Position numbers and translations under genes: made by a program. Of a stretch of 64,000 bases of DNA, positions 17,803 through 26,923 are shown piece by piece; position 1 is the first letter of the stretch; the number at the start of each line of letters is the position of its first letter. This stretch comes from an uncultured Bacteroidales bacterium (GTDB lineage: Bacteria > Bacteroidota > Bacteroidia > Bacteroidales > UBA932), in the NCBI GenBank assembly GCA_900320385.1, contig ONSD01000019.1:4444-68443 (forward strand). Reading direction: 5' to 3'. The notes under the pieces were generated by a model that was not told the DNA's origin, did not search any database, and was given only the letters and a program-made list of their open reading frames with translations.

Positions 17803-19248
17803 TTAGTATAAGTAATACCGTTTTGAAAGTTTCCGGAATGCTTCGACGTCTTTGTTCCAGAAAGGAGTGATATCGGACACTCTGAAAGACTTCCTGAAAG
17901 TTGCACTGACATAATCCGTGCCACAAACTTTATTGAACATCTCTATACGGCCCGGAGATATCTTGAAGGGGTCTTTTTTATACAGTTCATACACTGCCTG
18001 CATCACATAGAACTGCGTCAGCGTCACCGTGGCCGCCTCATAATCCGTAAAGAAGTACTGCACCCCCTGCAGGCTCTTGCCCGAGCGGCTGTAATGGATA
18101 GTGCGGAACGATGTGCCGGGAATGTGCCAGGAATCCAGCTTCGACTTCAGGACGTCGGCGTCGATCCACTCGGCTGCGAACACCCCGAACGGCAGGAATC
18201 CTATCCCGATCTGGAGGTATCCGTTGAACTCGCCGCAAAGACCGGCGGCAGGGTAGCAGACGGCGGTTTCCGGGAACGGGATGTTGGGAGAAGGCAGGAT
18301 CCACTGGAGGCCGGTGTCGGCGAAGAGCATGTCGCGCTCCCAGCCCTCCATGGGGATTACAGTAAGATTGCACTTGAGGGGTGCGTCCAAGCCTTTCTGC
18401 CCGCGGTTAAGGCCTTCTTCGTTTATCAGTCCCGCCAGTTCCCCGACGGTGAGGCCGTAAACGTACGGTATGCGGTACTGGCTGACGAAGGAATTGAAAG
18501 GCTGCTCGACGAGGGGCCCTTCGACCTTGAGGCCTCCCAGGGGGTTCGGACGGTCGAGCACCATGACGTCTATCCCCTGCTCGGCACAGGCCTGCATCAT
18601 GAGGCCGAGCGAACTGATGAAGGTGTAAGAACGGGTGCCGACGTCCTGGATATCGTAGACCACGATGTCGAGCCCCTTGAGCATGGCCGGTGTGGGCTTG
18701 CGGGTTTCACCGTACATCGAATACACTGGCAGGCCGGTGCGCTTGTCGGTGTACGAAGATACATATCCCCCGGCCTCCACGTCGCCCCTGGCGCCGTGTT
18801 CGGGAGCGAATATGGCCTTCAGCTGGACTCCGGGGGCATTGAAAAGGATGTCCACGGTGGAGTTCATGTGCCTGTCCACACCCGAAGGATTGGTGAGCAG
18901 TCCCACCCTCTTGCCGACAAGGCCTGCGAATCCCCTTTCGCGCAGCACCTCTATTCCGGGCTTCACATTGCCGCGGATGCGCCGGTACAGGGTGTCGGTG
19001 CGGGTAAGGGTGCGGGTGATCGTAACGGTATCGTGGACCGTCCTCACCCTCCCCATGTCGATGGGAGTAGCGTCCGGCAAGCGGTCGGCTACCGTGGTCT
19101 GCGAGGCTTCGGGGATGGTGGATTCATACTCGGTTCCCGGGCTGACCCTGCCGCCTGAAGCCTTGTAGGTCAATGACTTGATAGCGCTGCATCCGCTAAG
19201 GGGCAACACTGCCGCAAGCAGGAGCGATATGATTCTATTTCTTACCAT
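17803..19248 (-). CDS. namZ: Exo-beta-N-acetylmuramidase NamZ (DUF1343/YbbC) lipoprotein
   Basis: Lipobox LSGC; VGLLTNPSG, FAPEHG, YDIQDVGTRSYT, LDRPNPLGG, SPNIP. Confidence 0.88.
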   Translation of the reverse strand: MVRNRIISLLLAAVLPLSGCSAIKSLTYKASGGRVSPGTEYESTIPEASQTTVADRLPDATPIDMGRVRTVHDTVTITRTLTRTDTLYRRIRGNVKPGIEVLRERGFAGLVGKRVGLLTNPSGVDRHMNSTVDILFNAPGVQLKAIFAPEHGARGDVEAGGYVSSYTDKRTGLPVYSMYGETRKPTPAMLKGLDIVVYDIQDVGTRSYTFISSLGLMMQACAEQGIDVMVLDRPNPLGGLKVEGPLVEQPFNSFVSQYRIPYVYGLTVGELAGLINEEGLNRGQKGLDAPLKCNLTVIPMEGWERDMLFADTGLQWILPSPNIPFPETAVCYPAAGLCGEFNGYLQIGIGFLPFGVFAAEWIDADVLKSKLDSWHIPGTSFRTIHYSRSGKSLQGVQYFFTDYEAATVTLTQFYVMQAVYELYKKDPFKISPGRIEMFNKVCGTDYVSATFRKSFRVSDITPFWNKDVEAFRKLSKRYYLY

Positions 19249-20527
19249 AATCGGGGCGTATGTGACGGGGAAGAAGGGCGGTGACGCCTATGGTGGCCAG
19301 GCAGCAGAGCATTACAAGGATGAAGAATCCCACATATCCCAGGCGTTCCTGCAGCATGCCGGCAAAGAATCCGGGCACCATCATGCTGAGGGCCATGAAG
19401 GCTGTGCAGAGGGCATAATGGGAAGTCTTGTACTCGCCCTCGCTGAAGTACATCATGTAGAGCATGTATGCGGTGAAGCCGAAGCCGTAGCCGAACTGGT
19501 CAAATGCTACACAGAGGTAAACCACCCATATCCGGGTTGGCTGGGTGAGCGCCATAAAAAGGTAAACCGCACACGGCAGGGCAAGGCTCAAAGCCATTGG
19601 CCACAAAGCTTTGCGCAGACCAACCCGAGCCGACCACAGGCCACCCAGGATTCCTCCCAGCGTCAAGGCGATAACTCCTACAGTACCGTAAACGAGGCCT
19701 GATTGGGCGGTGCTCAGGCCCAGGCCGCCTACATCGGTGGTATCGAGAAGGAAGGGGGTAAGCATCTTTACCGAAAGGGCTTCCGGGAGGCGGAAAAGCA
19801 GCATGAATACCATTGCCAGCCATATCCCGGGCTTGCGGAAGAATGTCGCGAACGCCCTGCCTATGGAACGTTTTTCCTGCTGCACCGGATCGTGCAGCGC
19901 AAGCGGTTCCGCAGGGAGCAGGAACTTGTGCCACAGGGTAAGCAGCAGCAGAAGGAACGAAGCACCCAGGAGAGTCGCTGTCCAGGCGCGCGGAATGTCA
20001 TCCATGCGCGTTTCGAGCAGGCCGGCCACCACCACTATAACACCTTGTCCGAAAACGCTGGCTATGCGGTAGAATGTACTCCGGATGCCCACGAAAAGGC
20101 TCTGGCGGTGTTCATCGAGGGCAAGCATGTAAAAGCCGTCCGCGGCTATGTCGTGCGTCGCCGAGAGCATGGCGCTGATATAGAAGATGACCAGGGCGGG
20201 GACGAAGGCTCCAAGGGGTTCCCCCACCTTGCCGGGAAGGCTCAGGGCGAGGGCGGTGAAGCAAAGCGTCATCGCGGCCTGCATAACCACTATCCACCAG
20301 CGTTTGGTGCGGAAAACGTCTACGAGAGGGCTCCAGAGCGGCTTTATTACCCAAGGAAGATAGAGCAGGCTGGTGTACATGGCAAGGTCGGCATTGCCCA
20401 TGCCGAGACGCTTGAACATCGTTACCGATATCACGTTCACCAGAAAGTACGGGATACCCTCGGCGAAGTAAAGGGTCGGCACCCAGAACCACGGCGAGCG
20501 CGAAGCGTTATTCTGCCTGGCCTTCAT
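19235..20527 (-). CDS. ampG: AmpG-like MFS muropeptide permease
   Basis: WVPTLYFAEGIP, LPWVIKPLWSP, SATHDIAADGFY, multiple TM helices. Confidence 0.88.
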   Translation of the reverse strand: MKARQNNASRSPWFWVPTLYFAEGIPYFLVNVISVTMFKRLGMGNADLAMYTSLLYLPWVIKPLWSPLVDVFRTKRWWIVVMQAAMTLCFTALALSLPGKVGEPLGAFVPALVIFYISAMLSATHDIAADGFYMLALDEHRQSLFVGIRSTFYRIASVFGQGVIVVVAGLLETRMDDIPRAWTATLLGASFLLLLLTLWHKFLLPAEPLALHDPVQQEKRSIGRAFATFFRKPGIWLAMVFMLLFRLPEALSVKMLTPFLLDTTDVGGLGLSTAQSGLVYGTVGVIALTLGGILGGLWSARVGLRKALWPMALSLALPCAVYLFMALTQPTRIWVVYLCVAFDQFGYGFGFTAYMLYMMYFSEGEYKTSHYALCTAFMALSMMVPGFFAGMLQERLGYVGFFILVMLCCLATIGVTALLPRHIRPDYGKK

Positions 20528-22639
20528 CTATTTCCGCTTTTCTGGAACCGGGGAATGCATGGTGTCGGGAACCTCGCTTCCTCTGTAGTAGTGCGAGAGT
20601 ATCTCCCGGCAGCTGTAGCCTTTTTCAGCCATCACGGCCGCGCCGATCTGGCACAGTCCCACGCCGTGGCCCCAGCCCTTACCGTGCAGGATGCATACGT
20701 CGCCGCGCCATTCCACCTCAAATGCGGAACTCTTCAAATGACTGGTACTCAAGGCATGGCGTATGTTCAGTTCCTTGCCTATGGTCGCCGAGGCCTTGCT
20801 GCCGAGTATCTTCAGGTACTTGATCCTGCCGGACGCTCCCCTTTCCACCGGCACAAGGTCCCGTATGGTTCCGAAGTCGATGCCGGTGCGTTCCTTCACC
20901 AGGGCGGAGAGTTCGTCGCGGCTGTAACGTACCTCCCAGCGGTAGAAATCTTCGGTGATCAGGTCGTAATCGTTCAGGACGGTAGCGAGCAGCCGCTTGT
21001 CGGCCGTATGGCAGAAAGGATCTGCCCCAGCGGCAGGAGCATCCTCAACTGGCTGCAGATAAGGCACATCCGTATCTTCCCAACAGGTAGGGAAACTCTC
21101 CGTCATGCCGCCGCAGCACTTGGAATAGCGTGCGTCGCAGATTTCGCCCTTGTACATCAGCATCTGTCCCCAGGTCTGGTCGATCGCGTTGCGCACGCTG
21201 CTCCCTATCTCTTCCGTAATGCCCTGGTAGCGCTGGCAATGGTCGTCGGCGCATACGTCATAAGTCCCGTGACGGCCAAGATTGTTCATCACCCATGAAC
21301 GGGAGATGATGGCGTGCGCCTTCAGGAACTCCAGCGGCGCGGTGGCGCGCATCTCCGAAGAGATTACGCTCAGCAGGTAGTCTTCGACGCCTATGGTATT
21401 GATAGCCCGTATCTTGTCGCCTTCGACCACGAAGCGCAGGCGTCCGGCGAATTTGCGGGTGAGCTTGCGTTCCCAGTGGAAATCGATGCCTATTGTGACT
21501 CCGTGAAGTATGAAAGTTGGTTCCGCGAAGAGGGTGGAACGGGTCACGGCATCGAATGTGAGGTCGTCGTAAAGCGAACCGTTGTAATTGATGCGGCCAT
21601 CGTACCAACTCACCTTCTGCGGACCTGCACCGTCGGAAATGATCTCGAACACGATTTCGGGGGCGGCCATGATGCCCACGTCCACAAGGGGTTGCGTACG
21701 GGTGAGGCGCCAGGCAACCATCTGTTCATCTTCGGCCGAGATGGACACTTCATCCACCATTGAAGCGAGCATGGGGGCGCTGATCTTGCGGAAATCCTCT
21801 TCCTTGGGCGCGATGAAGAAACCGGCCATGTCGGCTGCGCCCGGACTCATCGTGAGGTGCTCGGGGCCTTCGGCGGTATAGTGGTGCGAACGCAGGTTGG
21901 AGCGGAGCACGACAGCGGTGCGGAATTCGCCGTTCTTGTACCAGCAGAAGCAGTTGAAGCGGGGCTCGTTCTCGCCTTCGTGGCGCGGGGAGCATTCGAG
22001 CAGGCGGTAGAAGAGCTTGGCCATCGACTTCTGCGTGGTGGATTTGAGCACGTACACCCCCCTGGCGAAGCGGGGGTATTTGTAGAGACTTGCGTCCTGC
22101 GCGGTTGCGAGGAGGTTCTCCGGGTTGTCCAGGAATGCATCGGCGTCCTTCTCGAGGGGCAGTATCCCTCTCGGGCAGGCCTGGAAATGAAGATGGTCGG
22201 GTGCCGAAGCTCCGCTGCACGGGCCGTTGTAGAATACCGTGAAGTCGGGATACATCCTGCTGAACAACAGCATGTCCGGCAGATGATGCCAGATGGTCTG
22301 CGGCAGGTGTTCGCTGCGCACTACAACAAGATGGTTGCGTGTAACGGGGTACGGGTTCACCTGTATGCGGTAGGTGCGGCCCTTCTTGCCCTCGTACATT
22401 ATGTGGAACTGCTCCTTGGGGCGGTATTCGGTGCAGAGGAAGCATTTGCGGGCGGCCAGGCTCTCCGGGTCCACCTCGGCGGTGGAGGAAGCGATGCGGC
22501 AGGGATTGAACTGCACGCTCACTTGCAGTCCGCCTATATCGAAATGCTTGTATTCGGCTGCCTTGACGGCGCGGAAGTTGGCGGCGGCAAGGGGCCATAC
22601 CGACAATTGATCGCCTATGAATTTATCGATTTCGCTCAT
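20528..22639 (-). CDS. DUF4922 (HIT/GalT-like) fused to a SpoIID/LytB lytic transglycosylase domain
   Basis: N-terminal half: QFNPCRIASS, CFLC, NPYP, FYNG..GASAPDHLHFQ. C-terminal half: VEDYLLSVISSEM, LKAHAIISRS, DVCADDHCQRYQG, GWGHGVGLCQ. Confidence 0.88.
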   Translation of the reverse strand: MSEIDKFIGDQLSVWPLAAANFRAVKAAEYKHFDIGGLQVSVQFNPCRIASSTAEVDPESLAARKCFLCTEYRPKEQFHIMYEGKKGRTYRIQVNPYPVTRNHLVVVRSEHLPQTIWHHLPDMLLFSRMYPDFTVFYNGPCSGASAPDHLHFQACPRGILPLEKDADAFLDNPENLLATAQDASLYKYPRFARGVYVLKSTTQKSMAKLFYRLLECSPRHEGENEPRFNCFCWYKNGEFRTAVVLRSNLRSHHYTAEGPEHLTMSPGAADMAGFFIAPKEEDFRKISAPMLASMVDEVSISAEDEQMVAWRLTRTQPLVDVGIMAAPEIVFEIISDGAGPQKVSWYDGRINYNGSLYDDLTFDAVTRSTLFAEPTFILHGVTIGIDFHWERKLTRKFAGRLRFVVEGDKIRAINTIGVEDYLLSVISSEMRATAPLEFLKAHAIISRSWVMNNLGRHGTYDVCADDHCQRYQGITEEIGSSVRNAIDQTWGQMLMYKGEICDARYSKCCGGMTESFPTCWEDTDVPYLQPVEDAPAAGADPFCHTADKRLLATVLNDYDLITEDFYRWEVRYSRDELSALVKERTGIDFGTIRDLVPVERGASGRIKYLKILGSKASATIGKELNIRHALSTSHLKSSAFEVEWRGDVCILHGKGWGHGVGLCQIGAAVMAEKGYSCREILSHYYRGSEVPDTMHSPVPEKRK

Positions 22640-23205
22640 AGAAGTGCCTCCAGGGCGTCTTTAATCTGTTCGTATTCGGCTTCGAAGTTGGGAGTGAGTA
22701 TGCCCTTGCCTTTGGCCCTGGTTATAGCCCCGGGCGTCCAGAACCGGGCCTCGCTCACTTCGTCGTTGCTCACCTTGGGCATGGAGCTGCGGATAGTGGC
22801 GAACACGTTCACCAGTTCTTCTTCGTCCCGTCCATGGAACACATAGCTCCGGAGATATACCGGGTTGAAGTCATAAAGAGCAAGCTCTTCGGCCGCTTCG
22901 CGGTAAAGGGCTTCCTCCAGGAATTCGCCATAGCCCACATGACCGCCGACAGCCGTGTCCCAAAGTCCGGGATAAAGGTCTTTGGACGGGCCCCGTTTCT
23001 GCAGGTAAACCCTTGAGAACCTGTCAATGACATGCAGATGGACCACTGGATGCAGCGGGTTGGATCCGGCATGGCAGAATTCACGGGTAGTGCGGCCTAT
23101 TACCTGGCCCGTGGGTTCCACCACGGGAAGTATCTCCGCGCCCTTCGGCACTTCCCTCATGCCGAGCAGCGGTGCTGTCTCTACGGGATATACCAGATCG
23201 AACAT
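22636..23205 (-). CDS. NUDIX hydrolase (Idi-like)
   Basis: LHPVVHLH, LQKR, WDTAVGGHV..GE....ALYREAAEEL Nudix box. Confidence 0.9.
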   Translation of the reverse strand: MFDLVYPVETAPLLGMREVPKGAEILPVVEPTGQVIGRTTREFCHAGSNPLHPVVHLHVIDRFSRVYLQKRGPSKDLYPGLWDTAVGGHVGYGEFLEEALYREAAEELALYDFNPVYLRSYVFHGRDEEELVNVFATIRSSMPKVSNDEVSEARFWTPGAITRAKGKGILTPNFEAEYEQIKDALEALL

Positions 23206-23206
23206 G

Positions 23207-24097
23207 CTAGTAGTTGATGATTTCGAGCTCCTCGGGCGTGTAGAGCAGTGAATCGATGAAATCGGGGGCGACCTGGCAGAGGATGAGGAAGACTGCGATG
23301 AACAATGCGCATGCAGCTACGGCAAGGAGGGGGGCCAGCCACCACCATTTGCTGATATGGCGGCGTACCTTGGTCCTGGGAACGGCATAGGCCTTCTTCT
23401 TCACCGTCACCACCGGTTGCCGGTATTCCGGTTTGCGTACCGTAATCTCCGGCTCCAGGTACTTCGGTTTCGAAACAGTGACAGCCGGGGAGCTGTATTG
23501 AGGTTTGGCGACGGTAACCGAGGGCTCGGAATAAGCGGCCTTTGCCGGAACCTCAGGTAAGGGTTCTTCCGCCGGTTCCACCAGGAAATCCGCTTCCTGT
23601 TGCTGCGCATTGACCACAGGTTCCACGATCGCGGCGAGTTCGGCAACGGCGACGTGCGTCTCTTCAGCCGTCAGGCCGTGATTCTTGAGTGAGATGCTCT
23701 GCAGGCCGAAGGCGTCGGGGTAGATGTCGAGGTCTTCGTCGGTTATGAAGAAGAAATTGTTCTGCCGTGTGGCCCGGAGACGCCCGAGACCGGGGAAGAC
23801 GACGGTCTTCCGGTCGATAAGCACCTTCTTGGTATCCTCGAGGAAGTGCTTGATTATGGCGGCCGCCTGGTCGTAATCCACACCGTTGCTCTGCGAATAG
23901 AGCCGCACGAGCGAATCTTCTTCACTCTTGCCGGGAACGAAGGTGAGCCTGCGGTATGGCGGGTTGATGGTATAGCCCCTGTCGGAGAACGAGGCGGGGA
24001 CCATCTCCGTCACGAATGAGCCGAGCCCGGGAAGGCCCACCTCGTCGTGGCTGAGGACAAGCTCGCGCACCATATTCGACAGGAGTTCTATGTCCAT
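23207..24097 (-). CDS. HU-like (CCDC81-type) N-terminal domains, 12-aa repeats and a C-terminal TM anchor
   Basis: VGLPGLGSFV..PP.RRLTF and VVFPGLGRL HU-like segments; TM WWWLAPLLAVAACALFIAVFLIL; probable start MDIELL at 24097. Confidence 0.7.
   Translation of the reverse strand: MDIELLSNMVRELVLSHDEVGLPGLGSFVTEMVPASFSDRGYTINPPYRRLTFVPGKSEEDSLVRLYSQSNGVDYDQAAAIIKHFLEDTKKVLIDRKTVVFPGLGRLRATRQNNFFFITDEDLDIYPDAFGLQSISLKNHGLTAEETHVAVAELAAIVEPVVNAQQQEADFLVEPAEEPLPEVPAKAAYSEPSVTVAKPQYSSPAVTVSKPKYLEPEITVRKPEYRQPVVTVKKKAYAVPRTKVRRHISKWWWLAPLLAVAACALFIAVFLILCQVAPDFIDSLLYTPEELEIINY
23390..23533 (-). repeat. Four degenerate 36-bp (12-aa) tandem repeats
   Basis: YSEPSVTVAKPQ / YSSPAVTVSKPK / YLEPEITVRKPE / YRQPVVTVKKKA. 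Confidence 0.85.
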
Positions 24098-24111
24098 AAT
24101 CTTATAACTTA

Positions 24112-24119
24112 CAAATATA
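24112..24119 (-). promoter_or_regulatory. -7 promoter element for the HU-like/PG-recycling operon
   Basis: TATATTTG on the minus strand, 14 nt before ATG 24097. Confidence 0.55.
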
Positions 24120-24175
24120 ATAAAATTACCTGACAAAGATTTAGTGTCGCCACGACTGAAAAAAGTTTAAAAAGA

Positions 24176-24207
24176 TTTGGCGGAATTGAGTTTTTATACT
24201 ACATTTG
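24176..24207 (+). promoter_or_regulatory. Promoter for tRNA-Asn
   Basis: TTTG (24176-24179), a 20-nt spacer, then TACATTTG (24200-24207). Confidence 0.75.
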
Positions 24208-24258
24208 CAGTCCCGAAACGGAAGACATGCCCGCACGCCGGGCCCGTATAAGGGAAAT

Positions 24259-24332
24259 GCCTCTTTAGCTCAGTTGGTTAGAGCATCTGACTGTTAATCA
24301 GGGGGTCGTAGGTTCAAGTCCTTCAAGGGGCG
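24259..24332 (+). tRNA. tRNA-Asn (GTT)
   Basis: Acceptor GCCTCTT/AAGGGGC; D-arm GCTC-AGTTGGTTA-GAGC; anticodon arm TCTGA-CTGTTAA-TCAGG; T-loop TTCAAGT. Confidence 0.95.
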
Positions 24333-24342
24333 CATTTATAAT

Positions 24343-24377
24343 CAAGCACTTACAGATTTTGTAAGTGCTTGTTTTTT
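24343..24377 (+). terminator. Rho-independent terminator after tRNA-Asn
   Basis: CAAGCACTTACA/TGTAAGTGCTTG 12-bp stem plus T6. Confidence 0.8.
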
Positions 24378-24422
24378 GCTTTGGCCCAGCCCGTTTGTCT
24401 CCGGGCCCCTTTAATTGAAACC

Positions 24423-24977
24423 TTAGTTAGCGAATTCCTTGCCCGGAGCCACGCAGGGCCCGATAGGTTCGCCGGTGCGGATATAACGGAAGCCCTGCTG
24501 TTCGAACAGGACAGGTTTGAACTTGGCGTAGTCTATCTTCTTTCCGTCGTCCTGCAGCAGGTCTTCGCGCACATAGGTGCCGGCGACCTTGCATATGAGC
24601 AGATAGCAGCCGTGGTCGTCGTAGATATCCTCGAGGGTACATTCCATGCACACCGGGGCGTCGTCCGGCACCGGAGCTCCGAGTTCGCCGGCGTGCCAGG
24701 CGAAGACGCCGCTCTTGTCCGCCTGCCTGCCGCTCACTATCCCCACGTAATCGGCCCTCGGTATGAGCGCTTCGTCCAAAAGGCTGATGCTCAACTTCTT
24801 TTCGGCACGGATGCCGTCGCAGGTATAGTGGTTGCGCGTGACACTCAGGGTCACCACATCACTGTCGCCTATGCCCACCCATGCAACTTCGAACCATGCG
24901 GGCTTACCCGCAACCATGGCACCCACAACCACTATCGGGGTGGGAAATGCCGCATTTACTTTTCCGATATTCTTCAT
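24423..24977 (-). CDS. Flavin reductase (flavoredoxin) family protein
   Basis: FPTPIVVVGA, VAWVG, ADYVGIVSGRQADKS, APVCMEC. Confidence 0.85.
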   Translation of the reverse strand: MKNIGKVNAAFPTPIVVVGAMVAGKPAWFEVAWVGIGDSDVVTLSVTRNHYTCDGIRAEKKLSISLLDEALIPRADYVGIVSGRQADKSGVFAWHAGELGAPVPDDAPVCMECTLEDIYDDHGCYLLICKVAGTYVREDLLQDDGKKIDYAKFKPVLFEQQGFRYIRTGEPIGPCVAPGKEFAN

Positions 24978-24991
24978 AATATAAGAACATT

Positions 24992-26854
24992 TTATCTTCC
25001 CGCTTCAATCACCCTGGTGTTGGCGGCTTTCACGCGCTCCACATCCATCTTGCATACGGCACGGTCGTAGGTGAGCAAACCGTTGACTTCGTTCTCCACG
25101 TCAGTGGTCTGGGTGTACACGGCAGCCGCGCAGCCTTCGCGGGCCATCTTTTCGAGGATGCCCGCATACTCCTCATACTGAGCCGTAACCGCCTCACTGT
25201 CATTGAACTGAACATATCCCCAGTTGCCGCCTGCATTCCAGATATGGCCTTCGAGGGGCAGGCCTATGCCTCCGTATTCCCCAAGCACGTTGATCATCGC
25301 CGGGTCGCTTACGCGCAAGCGCGGTTCAGGATAATAATGCGAGTCGAGGATGTCGCCCACCCCGCCGGAGATCCAGTTGCCTCCGGATGCCATGTTGATC
25401 AGGCGGGAAGCATCGTTCTTACGGGTAAGGTCCACGATCGCCGGGGTCTCGAACTGGCCCCAGGCCTCATTGAAAGGCACCCAAACCACTATGCACTGGA
25501 ACTTGTCGAGATGGTTCTGAATCTCGGTCCATTCGCGGCGGAAATTCTCCCTGTACTCTTCGGGCAGGGGGTAGTCGAAGCCGGTATCGTACATGTTGGT
25601 GTCCTGGCCCCAGCTGCCGGCCACATGAGTAGCGCAGCTCGGCATATCCTGCCAAACCAGGATGCCCAAACGGTCGCAGGCATCGTACCAGGTAGAAGGC
25701 TCCACCTTGATATGCTTGCGTATCATATTGAATCCCAACTCTTTAGTTCTCACCAGGTCGTATTCCATCGCCTCTTCGGTAGGAGCCGTATAAAGGCCGT
25801 CAGGCCACCAGCCCTGGTCGAGGGGACCGAATTGGAAAAGGGTTTCGCCGTTAAGGGCCATGCGCTTGTGGCCTGCGGAGTCGGTGGCCGCCGATATCTC
25901 GCGGAAGGCGACATGCCCCTGCACGCAATCGATTTTCTTTCCGCCGCTGAAAAGGGTAAGGCGGAGCCCGTAAAGATAAGGATGGCCGGGGCTCCAGAGC
26001 TGAGGAGCGTCGAGGGCGAGTCCGGCCGTTTCTCCCGATTTGACGGAGACGCTGGCCAGGACCTCCCCTGCAGGAGAGTCACTCCTGTACCCCACCCCGC
26101 CTTCGAGCAGTTCCACCCGGATGTCGTCGGCTCCGGACGAGAACGGGGTCACCTCAACGGCGTTCCGGGCAAGGCGCGGGGTCACTTTGTAATCCCGGAT
26201 ATAGCCTTTGCGGCTCACAGCCTCGATCCATACGCTCTGCCAGATTCCGCTCACGGCGGTATACCAGATGCCGGACGGAGACAGTACCTGCTTGCCGCGC
26301 GGGAAGAATCCGTCTTTGTCGGTAGAATCCTTGACGCGCACCTCCAGATGCTGGCGTCCGCGCTTGAGAAATGGCGTGACATCGAAGCAGAAAGGAACGT
26401 AACCGCCTGAATGTGAGCCGACTTCTTGTCCGTTCAGATACACGGTGCATTCCCTGTCCACGGCTTCGAAGTGCAGCAGCACCGTCTTTTTGCGGCGCCA
26501 GCGGCAAGGGACCTTGATATCCCTGGTGTATATGAGGACGTCTCCCGGATTGAAGGTCCCTCCGACACCGGACAAGGAAGACTCGAAGCAGAAGGGAACG
26601 AGTATCTTGCCGGATTCGGAAGAAGCGGATGCGCCCGCGCGCAGGACCGAATAGTCCCAGAGGCCGTTCAGGCTGCGCCAATTGCCCCGCACCATCTGGG
26701 GACGGGGATATTCTGGATGGGCGTTGGCAGGACTGACTTGCTCCGCCCATTGGGTACGGATACGCTCGCCGGAAGGCTTCCACTGTCCATTATCCGCCAG
26801 CAGCGAAACAGGGAGAAGAAGCATCAGGGCGATGAGAATAACTTTGGAATTCAT
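24992..26854 (-). CDS. Glycoside hydrolase family 2, secreted
   Basis: Signal peptide from MNSKVIL; HPEYPRPQ, LNGLWDY, GPLDQGWWPDGLYTAP, RKHIKVEP, PFNEAWGQ, GEYGG, YTQTTDVE. Confidence 0.9.
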   Translation of the reverse strand: MNSKVILIALMLLLPVSLLADNGQWKPSGERIRTQWAEQVSPANAHPEYPRPQMVRGNWRSLNGLWDYSVLRAGASASSESGKILVPFCFESSLSGVGGTFNPGDVLIYTRDIKVPCRWRRKKTVLLHFEAVDRECTVYLNGQEVGSHSGGYVPFCFDVTPFLKRGRQHLEVRVKDSTDKDGFFPRGKQVLSPSGIWYTAVSGIWQSVWIEAVSRKGYIRDYKVTPRLARNAVEVTPFSSGADDIRVELLEGGVGYRSDSPAGEVLASVSVKSGETAGLALDAPQLWSPGHPYLYGLRLTLFSGGKKIDCVQGHVAFREISAATDSAGHKRMALNGETLFQFGPLDQGWWPDGLYTAPTEEAMEYDLVRTKELGFNMIRKHIKVEPSTWYDACDRLGILVWQDMPSCATHVAGSWGQDTNMYDTGFDYPLPEEYRENFRREWTEIQNHLDKFQCIVVWVPFNEAWGQFETPAIVDLTRKNDASRLINMASGGNWISGGVGDILDSHYYPEPRLRVSDPAMINVLGEYGGIGLPLEGHIWNAGGNWGYVQFNDSEAVTAQYEEYAGILEKMAREGCAAAVYTQTTDVENEVNGLLTYDRAVCKMDVERVKAANTRVIEAGR

Positions 26855-26923
26855 AATCAAGGAATAATACTTTTGCAAATATAGCAAAATGATTATCCAA
26901 AATTATGTCAAAAGCTTCCGAAA

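Noticed and set aside
24307-24324. T-T mismatch in the tRNA-Asn T-stem (GTAGG/CCTTC) suggesting a pseudo-tRNA
   Set aside because: It is a single mismatch. The rest of the cloverleaf, the promoter and the terminator are intact.
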